DNA from: Candidatus Thorarchaeota archaeon
GTDB lineage: Archaea; Asgardarchaeota; Thorarchaeia; Thorarchaeales; Thorarchaeaceae
Length of the DNA: 13,728 nucleotides
Assembly (NCBI GenBank): GCA_029858305.1
Contig: JAOUFI010000056.1
Location: forward strand, 1 to 13,728
Direction: 5' to 3'
The position numbers were made by a program, and so were the translations under genes. The first letter of the stretch is position 1; each line of letters opens with the position of its first letter. The notes beneath the pieces are model-generated. The model saw nothing but the letters and a program-made list of their open reading frames with translations, searched no databases and was not told where the DNA came from. Shown piece after piece: positions 1 to 7,752 of this stretch.

Positions 1-655
1 CATTCAATTGATTGAAGTTCAGTTCATGAAGGACCACGCGTTTTGCATCTGAAGGTTTTGTACCTGCCATTTTCGCAACAGCTTTGACAACCTTCTCAAC
101 ACTCGCATATGGACCTGTTGAGGTAGAATTCTTCTTCACCCATGCTGGTGTAGCTGTTTTCTTGCCTGGACCTGATAGCAGTTTCTCAATAGCTTTCGCA
201 GGACCACCAGTAAGTCCATCTACAGTCATCCCATCCTTACGTTCAATCTCAAACAACTCTACTAAATTGAGTTTGATGGATTTGCCCGGAACCTCTTTGC
301 CCTTCAATGGAGTGAGTACTTCGTTGCTAACAAGTACACCCTTTACCTGATCATTGACGCCAATCTCTTGAGGACGAACTCGAAGAAATTTCAGATTGAG
401 TACAGCATCGTAAGAACAATAGAAGTCATACTTCAAGGCTGGTTTTGCAGTAGTTACATCCGCGGTCCCTAGAATATCTGCTCCATCGGTTTTAGCTACT
501 TTACTTGCCTTGTCTGCATCAATCTTAGGCGCAAAATAAGACAGTTTCTTTTTCTTATCATTAATTTTCATTGGTGAGTGTGTACCAGTTATCTTGAACA
601 TGGTTGGTGAGAGCTTCACACTCTTTGCTGCGGTTTTCTTTTTCTTAGCGGCCAT
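1..655 (-). CDS. Hypothetical Lys-rich protein, 3' end runs off the window (at least 218 codons)
   Basis: Not in the ORF track. ATG at 655 is preceded by SD-like GGAG, and the frame is open to base 1: MAAKKKKTAAKSVKLSPTMFKITGTHSPMKINDKKKKLSYFAPKIDADKASKVAK...VVLHELNFNQLN. It lies 58 nt downstream of gltX on the same strand. Confidence 0.85.
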   Translation of the reverse strand, partial: MAAKKKKTAAKSVKLSPTMFKITGTHSPMKINDKKKKLSYFAPKIDADKASKVAKTDGADILGTADVTTAKPALKYDFYCSYDAVLNLKFLRVRPQEIGVNDQVKGVLVSNEVLTPLKGKEVPGKSIKLNLVELFEIERKDGMTVDGLTGGPAKAIEKLLSGPGKKTATPAWVKKNSTSTGPYASVEKVVKAVAKMAGTKPSDAKRVVLHELNFNQLN

Positions 656-713
656 TGTGTCATCTCCACTATCATAGATGATTTACTGCTATTTGTTCTC
701 TTTGGCGGCACAT

Positions 714-2450
714 CTATTTATGCGCAAAAGAAACCTGAATAGGGTCTCCCATCTGATAGATACGAACAAAACCGACACGTTCAAACTGTAAGAAAGAACC
801 AGCCTTCATTTTTTCTAATCCAGGTTCAGCAAGACCCATAACGGTGGCACCATCAACTAGTGTCATCTCGACAGGGATTGAACCCTCTCGTGGTATCCAA
901 TGTATAATTGGACCATTTACCTCTCTAACTCGTTCTACATCCAAACTATGATAATGTGCAACAGGAGGATTCTTCTTCTTCAATGCGAAATTGGCCATAT
1001 CCTTGAGTCGAAAGATAGTTCCTAGCTTGAAACGATTCAAGTCTGATTGTTGAATACCAAATGTTGATTTGCCATCTATCGCATGAAGAGGGATTCTCCT
1101 CAGACCGCGTTCCGGAAAATCAGGATGGACTGGAACATGGGCTTCAATCAACTCTTTATCCAAATTCTCAGCCGTAATCCATACGGGATCCTGTACGAAG
1201 AATGCCCGAGGAGTTTCCGCATCACGAAGTTTCCGATTTTCCGAGTAGACAGATTTCATAGATATTGTAATGTCGACGATACTTAGACCCAAATCAAGCA
1301 TCACCTTACGAACAGCCTCGGCATCAATTCCTCTACGGTCAAGAGACTGTAGACTCCACGTACGTGGATCATCCCATCCAGTGTATGTTCCATCTTGAAC
1401 CTCTCTCCTAGACTTACTTTTACTTAATTTAGCATCTTCAAATTTGAGACGTCCATAGTACATCAGCTCTGGATGAGCCCAATTATAGAGGCTCCAAATA
1501 TGCTGCTCGATTTTCCCCTCTTTTACTAAGTCCTTCCCGCGGATAATATGAGATACTCCAAGTTCGTGATCATCTATCCCCCAGGAATATTCAAGAAGAG
1601 GCCAGACACGATACTTTGTACCTACACGGGGATGTTCAGACTCAGATATTCGAAGAATCACATGGTCACGCATCGCCGGATCGGGGTCTGTCATTCCTGT
1701 TTTCAGACGGACGGCGGCTTCCTTCTCTGCGTAGGCACCATTTAGCATCTTCTCCCAGCGTGCAAGATTCTCTTGAGCGTCTAATACTCTGCATGCACAA
1801 GGAATTCGCTTGACCTTGTGCTCATTCCTCCAGACCGTGGCGTCACAGTCACAGACGTAAGCATCTCCGCGTTTGATGAGGTCAACTGCGTATTTGTAGA
1901 AGAGATTAATCCTATCAGATTTATACACTGTTCGATGATACTTTACACCAAGATACTCAAGGCCTTCAGGTATGAGGTCGTATGCGTCTTGTTCAATCAC
2001 TTTCTCAGTGGATCCAATGGTGTCATCAAAGACCAGTATGAGTTCTCCATTGTATCTTTTAACATAGTAATCATTGAGAATTACCATTCGTGCGTTGCCA
2101 ATATGCAAAGGACCTGATGGAAACGGTGCTAAGCGCATAGTCACCTTGGGCCATTTGTCCAAATTTGGAAGTTCAGGTAGATCCTTATCTTCTTCCACCT
2201 CCACAGCAGTTGAGGGAATCAATAGCTCTGGCGCAATGTGTTTCAGCTCAGAAATCTGTTCCTCGATAGACATCTTTTCGACACTTGCAACAACTCTTTC
2301 TGTGATTACCTTAATTTCTCCAGCCTTAGAACGAAGATCTGCTCGAGAACCAAGTAAGAATCCCATAACTGATTTCACGTTGGGTTTGCCATTATACTTG
2401 ACAGCATTATCCAATACTGCTTTTCTTATCTCAATCTCAAGGTCATCCAC
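714..2450 (-). CDS. gltX: Glutamate--tRNA ligase, archaeal type (class I)
   Basis: RLAPFPSGPLHIGN (HIGH motif), FDDT, Zn-binding YVCDC...CACR, DDHELGVSHIIRGKD, KLSKS (KMSKS motif), GWDDPRTWSL and C-terminal QFERVGF. The N-terminal NAVKYNGK extension is archaeal. GTG at 2450 is preferred over TTG at 2459 because GGAG lies 9 nt upstream of the GTG and directly abuts the TTG. Confidence 0.97.
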   Translation of the reverse strand: MDDLEIEIRKAVLDNAVKYNGKPNVKSVMGFLLGSRADLRSKAGEIKVITERVVASVEKMSIEEQISELKHIAPELLIPSTAVEVEEDKDLPELPNLDKWPKVTMRLAPFPSGPLHIGNARMVILNDYYVKRYNGELILVFDDTIGSTEKVIEQDAYDLIPEGLEYLGVKYHRTVYKSDRINLFYKYAVDLIKRGDAYVCDCDATVWRNEHKVKRIPCACRVLDAQENLARWEKMLNGAYAEKEAAVRLKTGMTDPDPAMRDHVILRISESEHPRVGTKYRVWPLLEYSWGIDDHELGVSHIIRGKDLVKEGKIEQHIWSLYNWAHPELMYYGRLKFEDAKLSKSKSRREVQDGTYTGWDDPRTWSLQSLDRRGIDAEAVRKVMLDLGLSIVDITISMKSVYSENRKLRDAETPRAFFVQDPVWITAENLDKELIEAHVPVHPDFPERGLRRIPLHAIDGKSTFGIQQSDLNRFKLGTIFRLKDMANFALKKKNPPVAHYHSLDVERVREVNGPIIHWIPREGSIPVEMTLVDGATVMGLAEPGLEKMKAGSFLQFERVGFVRIYQMGDPIQVSFAHK

Positions 2451-2486
2451 TAATAGCAACTCCGCTAGAGCTGCCGGTTTATATCA

Positions 2487-2496
2487 TTTAACCTTG
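2487..2496 (-). promoter_or_regulatory. Putative BRE/TATA promoter for gltX (CAAGGTTAAA on minus strand)
   Basis: Purine-rich segment plus TTAAA about 37 nt upstream of the start. The same AAGGTTAA core occurs within 6154-6163 and 8708-8717 upstream of other genes. Confidence 0.45.
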
Positions 2497-2595
2497 ATTG
2501 AAAGGCAAGAAATCGAAAAACAGTACCTCAGCGAGACGCTTATTTGGTGATTTTTTTGAATTTATATGCATAAAAGTCGACTTCGGTGTCAAATC

Positions 2596-2901
2596 GTGTC
2601 CGAGCTAAAGTGTTGTAAGAGATGTGGAGCATTCATCACCTGTGAACATAAGGGAGAATGCTGTGTAGAGTGCGACTACTTCGATCCTATCGATGTACTC
2701 TGTATGGCTGGCCCTGAGAAAAAGCCAAAGCCACAGAAGGAAGAAACTGGTGTAGAAGTCGACCCTGAAACGTTCCTATTCGAGGAAGACGATGAGGATG
2801 AAGACATAATCGAGCTACCACCTGAGCGTGAGCTTGATGATGACGACGATATTGAAGAAGAAGAGGAAGACTTCGATATTGAAGAAGATGAAGATTGGTG
2901 A
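2596..2901 (+). CDS. Small Cys-rich putative metal-binding protein with a highly acidic C-terminal tail
   Basis: CCKRC-x5-CEH-x3-CCVEC-x9-C followed by a KKPKP linker and an Asp/Glu tract ending in Trp. GTG at 2596 has GGTG 7 nt upstream, and a TTTATAT TATA-like box at 2561-2567 overlaps the track's ATG at 2566, which favours the GTG start. Confidence 0.8.
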   Translation: MSELKCCKRCGAFITCEHKGECCVECDYFDPIDVLCMAGPEKKPKPQKEETGVEVDPETFLFEEDDEDEDIIELPPERELDDDDDIEEEEEDFDIEEDEDW

Positions 2902-2927
2902 CCATTGATACCTCTGATTTCAAGGGA

Positions 2928-3707
2928 TTATGCTAGAATGTTGTAAAAATACAAAGCGAATAATGCAAAAGCAATCCCAATGAGAAAAGTCGCATTACCA
3001 ACTAGCCAGTTACGAGCATTCTTTTGGCTGATCTTGATTGGACCAAGTGGCTTGAGACCAGTAGGCGCTTTATGATCTATATCTATTGCAGTCCAGAGTA
3101 TTTCAAGAGGATTAGCGTTACTTGGGTAAATATCAAGGTAGAGGTGAGAAGCATATCCCAGGAGGAAAAGTGCAGTTATATAATACTCAATTTCAGCACC
3201 AACAGCAAGACTTGTAGCTGAAAGAATTCTTGAAGTCACATTCACTAAGGTTCCCAGAACTATCAAGAGGGGGAGAACAAGAGAATGGAAAATGATGTTG
3301 CGATGTCGAGAAATACCAAGGAAAGGAATGTCCCAATCAGGCATAAGGGCTCCTGCCATAGTTATCAAAGCTCCAATGAATATCGAGATGTTTCCAATTA
3401 TTGAAACTCCAGTTTGCCATTGGTAGATGATAGAACCAACTAGTGATCCAATACAAAACACAACGAAAGTCATTGCCACTACTGAACCGCGGTCACTTAT
3501 CGTTCGAGCCATCATTTTCCTTTGAGGGGCCTTATAATATAGAATGGGAACAGCAATTATTGAAAGAACAATGCCACCAGCAGTATAGTAGAACAGAAGC
3601 TCGGAGAGTGTGCCCAAGTCAGATAACCAGACACTAAATCCATAGATTAGAGAATAAAGACCCACAAATAGTGCAAATGCAAAAACCATGTGCGATATAC
3701 GATTCAT
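2928..3707 (-). CDS. Integral membrane metal-dependent hydrolase, YdjM-like
   Basis: Multiple hydrophobic helices plus the family's motif order: N-terminal SH, GALMPDWD, HRNIIFHS, GYASHLYLD. Confidence 0.8.
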   Translation of the reverse strand: MNRISHMVFAFALFVGLYSLIYGFSVWLSDLGTLSELLFYYTAGGIVLSIIAVPILYYKAPQRKMMARTISDRGSVVAMTFVVFCIGSLVGSIIYQWQTGVSIIGNISIFIGALITMAGALMPDWDIPFLGISRHRNIIFHSLVLPLLIVLGTLVNVTSRILSATSLAVGAEIEYYITALFLLGYASHLYLDIYPSNANPLEILWTAIDIDHKAPTGLKPLGPIKISQKNARNWLVGNATFLIGIAFALFALYFYNILA

Positions 3708-3760
3708 TCTTCAGAATCCCGTTCCTATCAATAACTAATGAATAACAAGTGAAGTCAGAC

Positions 3761-6103
3761 TTATTTCTTTCCCCCTTTCAGACCAGGAAAGAAATATTGT
3801 GTACTTTTGGAATAGCTGCGCTGTTCTTTAGCAACTCCGTTACTAATCAAGAGATTTAGAGCGTTTCTAACACGCTCCTCGTTCCATCCAAGTCCAATCA
3901 CTGCATCCTCAATTGTGAGCTTTCCTTCATTTCGAGCTGCTAGGTTTAGTATCGATTGTGGATCATTTGTAAGTGCAACAGGGACAAATTCCACAAGCAA
4001 AGCGCCACTTTCAAGGGGAGAAAGACCGCGTATGAGCCCCTCTTTTGACATATCATTGATTATACCCTCAATCTCTTCCGGACCTGTACTCCAGCCAAGA
4101 GTGTCCAAACGAACCAGCAGTTCCGAATACAACATTATACCTCCTGAGTTCTTTGATTCTTCTGCCATTCTCAAAATATCTCGGCGTAGTCCATCTATTC
4201 GATTGTCTCTCTTAAGAAGACGCTTCACCATACCTGTCTTCTGTTTTGCCTCTGTTATCCATGCTTCTGGTTCATAACCAAGCTCCGAGAGGAGCTCAAA
4301 GAGGGCAGATCGATAAGCAGGAATACCTAGCAAGGTCGTTCCCTGTTTCTCAAAAGCCTCCCAAAGGCGTTCGCGAATAATATCAAGACGTCTTGCACGT
4401 TCCACTAACTCATCAAGCCTAAGAGCGAGCTGCTCTTCATGAGCAAGTGGAACCACAACAATGGGTATCACCACATCATCTGTGGATGAAATTGAAAACT
4501 CAACAGTCTTCTCTATATAACCTGGGGCTTTAACAATTCCTTCATAATGACTCTTTGGAAGTGATGTTGTAGCTACACCGTTATTATCAGATGTAATCAA
4601 TAGAGCACCGAGTTCAAGTTCAGCACCTTGAACTGGTTTTCCAGCCTCGTTCTGAACATGAAACTTAACTGCACAAAGGGAATCATCAGAAATTGTTGGA
4701 GTCATGACTCGTCGTCTCTTTCGGGGCGACTTGGTTTCTGGAAGTCCGAGAAGGAGTGTATCTAACTCATCAAGCAGAGATCTTTTGACAAGAGCATCCC
4801 CCAAAAGTGACTTCGCTCCTGAAACAATCAAGTCTCTTGATTTTGAATCAGATAGCAGATTGTAATCTTTTGACGAGTCTCTGATGAACTTCCTAAACGC
4901 AACATCATTATTCGCTCTATCTTCTAGGAGAGCTGAAAGCGCATCAATGGCTCTGGAGGGCGATAGAAATATATCAACAAAATCTTTACGACGACCCACT
5001 CGTTCTCCATTTCCACTGAAGTGAGATATTGGGTAAACTTCAACATGGAGCTGATCTTTTTTTGAAAAACCCGCAATGAAGAAAGGTATCATTATAATCG
5101 ATTTCTTCTTTCCACCGCTATCATCGAATCTGGCAGAAACGAGCATGTCACTGAGTGCAGCAAGTTGATCGCGAACTTCAGTGATTGCCCTTTGAGACTC
5201 TGCGTGTAGTTCATCTCTTCCGATAATCAACTCTTGAGCTATTTCATCGAGGTCTGTGACGATTTCGGATTGACGTTTTATATCACGTTCCAGCGCTGCT
5301 CTACGTGCACGTATGGTTGAATCAATCTCCTTGAGCTTTGCACTTCTGTCAGGCGAAGTACTTGCGGCGATTTTAGTTCTTTGAGACTCCAAAGATTCAA
5401 TCTGTTGTTCCAATGTTTGCACACGTAGGTCAAGTCTTGTAAGTGCAGGTTGGGCTTCTGCCTGATGTGCGCCTACGAATGCATCAATTTTCGAGATTGT
5501 CAATTCAATAAACTCAGGGAGATTTGTTTCAACAAATCTGAGTGTTTCTGAAGTTTCTTGCAGTAAGTGAATAGATTTGTCGAACTCAGATGAATCGATA
5601 ATTCCTGTAAGTGTTACTGCATAGTCTTCTGCGGAAGATCCAGATGGCCGATCTAGGATTTGAGAGACACCTCGTGCGATCAAACCAGCAAAGAGTCCTA
5701 CTATCGTAATGTTAGTTGATTCAAGGAGTAAATTAATTTCATAACGAGCTGTCTGTATACACTTAGCCATTTCTTCAGAAGTGCTTGCTTTTTTGACTTT
5801 CTCCAGAATTTTCTGTATTGCAGGTTTATGAGGCTTCAAGATTGATTCGGATGTAAGTCCAAGAAGTTCAACAAAGAAAAAGCGATTTATTTGGTGTGAG
5901 CTGACAATCGCGACTGGAAGATACCCCTTCAGAATGAACTCAAGGAATCGGCCTTCGCGCCGTTCCATCGCACGCAAAGCCATTGCTGCTGTCACATAAT
6001 CCTCAGGAACTGCTTGTTCCATTGGTTGACCGCCTGCCAGTTGAAGTCTCCGTGTGGTCGTAACAGGTACAATCAGGTTCTGGCGGTCAATATCCATATT
6101 CAT
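3761..6103 (-). CDS. 780-aa multidomain protein: coiled-coil-containing N-terminal region, carboxypeptidase-regulatory/PEGA-like beta-sandwich, C-terminal Vps22/Vps36 (EAP30, ESCRT-II)-like domain
   Basis: Heptad-rich helices at aa ~175-320. Beta-sandwich signature VQNEAGKPVQGA...SDNNG...LPKSHY...KAPGY at aa ~477-553. aa ~556-776 match Vps22/Snf8 motifs: PAYRSALFELLSELGYEP, SGGIMLYSEL, LVEFVPVALTNDPQSILNLA, LGWNEERVRNALNLLISNG, YFFPGL. SD-like AGGTG lies upstream of the ATG. Confidence 0.85.
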   Translation of the reverse strand: MNMDIDRQNLIVPVTTTRRLQLAGGQPMEQAVPEDYVTAAMALRAMERREGRFLEFILKGYLPVAIVSSHQINRFFFVELLGLTSESILKPHKPAIQKILEKVKKASTSEEMAKCIQTARYEINLLLESTNITIVGLFAGLIARGVSQILDRPSGSSAEDYAVTLTGIIDSSEFDKSIHLLQETSETLRFVETNLPEFIELTISKIDAFVGAHQAEAQPALTRLDLRVQTLEQQIESLESQRTKIAASTSPDRSAKLKEIDSTIRARRAALERDIKRQSEIVTDLDEIAQELIIGRDELHAESQRAITEVRDQLAALSDMLVSARFDDSGGKKKSIIMIPFFIAGFSKKDQLHVEVYPISHFSGNGERVGRRKDFVDIFLSPSRAIDALSALLEDRANNDVAFRKFIRDSSKDYNLLSDSKSRDLIVSGAKSLLGDALVKRSLLDELDTLLLGLPETKSPRKRRRVMTPTISDDSLCAVKFHVQNEAGKPVQGAELELGALLITSDNNGVATTSLPKSHYEGIVKAPGYIEKTVEFSISSTDDVVIPIVVVPLAHEEQLALRLDELVERARRLDIIRERLWEAFEKQGTTLLGIPAYRSALFELLSELGYEPEAWITEAKQKTGMVKRLLKRDNRIDGLRRDILRMAEESKNSGGIMLYSELLVRLDTLGWSTGPEEIEGIINDMSKEGLIRGLSPLESGALLVEFVPVALTNDPQSILNLAARNEGKLTIEDAVIGLGWNEERVRNALNLLISNGVAKEQRSYSKSTQYFFPGLKGGKK

Positions 6104-6153
6104 GTCACACCTTGTTCAACTCGTAGGAATGCTTTTCATACTTTCTTATGGAG

Positions 6154-6163
6154 AAAGGTTAAG
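6154..6163 (+). promoter_or_regulatory. Putative BRE/TATA (AAAGGTTAAG); spacing suggests a leaderless transcript for the Zn-finger gene
   Basis: Ends 26 nt upstream of ATG 6190. An identical 10-mer occurs at 8708-8717. Confidence 0.45.
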
Positions 6164-6189
6164 CGCCTTCTGTTCATTGATGTGCTAGT

Positions 6190-6556
6190 ATGGCAAGAAA
6201 TTCATCAACAATTCTTCCTTTTTGCAAACATTGTGGAGAATACAAAGGTTTGGGATCCTGTAAAAATCCTAATTGTCAAGGAATGACTTCATCAGAATCT
6301 GACATGTTAAAGAAGCGCGAGTACAAGTGCGCCATTTGTGGGGATACTGTGATGAGTCATTGTATTAGGTGTAGGTTAGGGTACTAGCCTACATTCGAAA
6401 GGTATGAAAGAAACAAGCTTAGTAAGTCTAGATCAGCATGTTGGTACATGTACTCTCTGTGGAGAAACTGTTTGTGAACAATGCTGGATATTCAATCATT
6501 TTGGAGATATCACCTGCCAAATCCACAATTCAGACATGAAAAGACGGGACTATTAG
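6190..6556 (+). pseudogene. Multi-zinc-finger protein (~122 aa) interrupted by a frameshift/stop at 6385-6387 (pseudogene or sequence error)
   Basis: The first frame ends ...CAICGDTVMSHCIRCRLGY* in the middle of a Zn motif. The +1 frame continues SLHSKGMKETSLVSLDQHVGTCTLCGETVCEQCWIFNHFGDITCQIHNSDMKRRDY* to 6556. Restoring 2 nt (TAC T[GY] AGC CTA CAT) gives YCSLH, completing CxxC...CxxC...CxxH. Confidence 0.7.
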
Positions 6557-6597
6557 CTGATGGCGCATGGTTTGAGCAAGATGGTTACATGAGAGTC

Positions 6598-6607
6598 AAA
6601 CATTTAT
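6598..6607 (+). promoter_or_regulatory. Putative TATA-like box (AAACATTTAT) for the longin/GTPase gene pair
   Basis: About 32 nt upstream of ATG 6640, in the intergenic gap. Confidence 0.35.
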
Positions 6608-6639
6608 GGGGTTGCTACGTTTCCTGAGCGGGACGTCAC

Positions 6640-7752
6640 ATGCCAAAGGCAACTTTCGTAGTCCATTTGGATTTGAGCTTTCAAGGGTTCGTAGTTACTC
6701 AGAGGCATCCTTCAATGTTGACTCTCAATGAGAAAGTTCTAAATCTCATCTTCTTAGAGTCAGAAAAAGGAAAGAAGGATGAATTAGGTTATTTCGAAAT
6801 CGAAGGAATGAGAATCACGTATTACAGTTCGGAACAATATCCGGGCTGGATGGTTTGCTCAATTCTTAGCGCCGATGAAGATATCGATTTGATTCGTAGT
6901 GATCTGGCCGGCTCAGGTAGATTGATACTCGCTCTGACCACTGAAGATTCCAAGGCATTTTCCCTTGAAGAAATCCTACAAAGCGGAAGTGTTCTCAAAG
7001 ACCTCACAGAAGAACAGCAGCTAGCGGAGATATTCCTTACCCCCTCCTCAGCTCTTCTTTTGGAACGAATGCAAACAGAGGGAGTTGAAAAAGCAGCCAA
7101 GTTATCACTTTGGTTAAAAGGCCAAATTCAAGACGAGGTAGACCTAAGAGAGGCTATGACACCCTTGATGCAATCAGGTGTTGTTATGGTAGAGTTACTT
7201 GGAAAAACCTCGGAAATGGTTTTTCTAATCAAAGATGTCATGGGTTATCGTGAACCTCCTGTAGATGCGATTATTAATGCAAAAGAAAAATCACCAGAGT
7301 TTGCTAAGAGATACATGGGTTATGTTGAAGAGTTCTTTTCGCCACCTCCACCACGCAAGGGGTACAATCCCACGTTGTTAGTGGATGACCCGAATTCACC
7401 TATTATGGATGATAGAGAGAAAATCTCAAAAATTCTAGCAGAGAAACTTCAATATAGAATATTAGCCTCATTAAGAGACATGCCACTTTCAATCTCAGAT
7501 ATCTCCCATAAAACTGCACTTCCTCAAACTGTCGTGGCAAAGGTTTTGCGTACTCTAGAAACAGAGAAAGTCGCTATTCATTTTGAAGAAGATGATCTAT
7601 GGGCATTGCTGACAAATCCTAGAATTCAATCATTCATGCCAGAATATATTCTACCTGTTATCAACAAGAAACTATTATCAAAAGAAATAACTCCAGAAGC
7701 CGCACGCAGGCATCTGGAACTCCTCATGAATGCCTGGGGTGAAGTAAAATGA
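6640..7752 (+). CDS. Longin/uDENN-like N-terminal domain plus two winged-helix domains
   Basis: The N-terminus has a beta-beta-alpha-beta-beta-beta-alpha pattern with a uDENN-like start (FVVHLDLSFQGFVVTQRHP). There is a central wHTH-like segment (LLLERMQTEG...LREAMTPLMQSGVVMVE), a PPPP linker and a C-terminal ArsR-like wHTH (YRILASLRDMPLSISDISHKTALPQTVVAKVLRTLETEKV). The CDS itself is secure; the domain calls are by eye. Confidence 0.65.
   Translation: MPKATFVVHLDLSFQGFVVTQRHPSMLTLNEKVLNLIFLESEKGKKDELGYFEIEGMRITYYSSEQYPGWMVCSILSADEDIDLIRSDLAGSGRLILALTTEDSKAFSLEEILQSGSVLKDLTEEQQLAEIFLTPSSALLLERMQTEGVEKAAKLSLWLKGQIQDEVDLREAMTPLMQSGVVMVELLGKTSEMVFLIKDVMGYREPPVDAIINAKEKSPEFAKRYMGYVEEFFSPPPPRKGYNPTLLVDDPNSPIMDDREKISKILAEKLQYRILASLRDMPLSISDISHKTALPQTVVAKVLRTLETEKVAIHFEEDDLWALLTNPRIQSFMPEYILPVINKKLLSKEITPEAARRHLELLMNAWGEVK

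Noticed and set aside
84-350. 88-aa plus-strand ORF
   Set aside because: Antisense shadow of the real minus-strand CDS at 1-655.
1083-2550. Five short plus-strand ORFs
   Set aside because: All antisense to gltX, with no recognisable motifs.
2687-2923. 78-aa minus-strand ORF
   Set aside because: Shadow of the acidic-tail gene.
3024-4277. Short plus-strand ORFs at 3024, 3443 and 3915
   Set aside because: Antisense to well-supported minus-strand genes.
4709-4723. RKRRR as a nuclear-localisation-like signal in the Vps22 fusion
   Set aside because: A short basic patch in an interdomain linker of a prokaryotic protein; not interpretable on its own.
6014-6286. 90-aa plus-strand ORF
   Set aside because: Overlaps two better-supported genes and the promoter gap; no motif.
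6385-6478. In-frame UAG readthrough (pyrrolysine or recoding) of the Zn-finger ORF
   Set aside because: The readthrough frame gives no sensible motif and soon stops; the Zn motif continues in the +1 frame instead.
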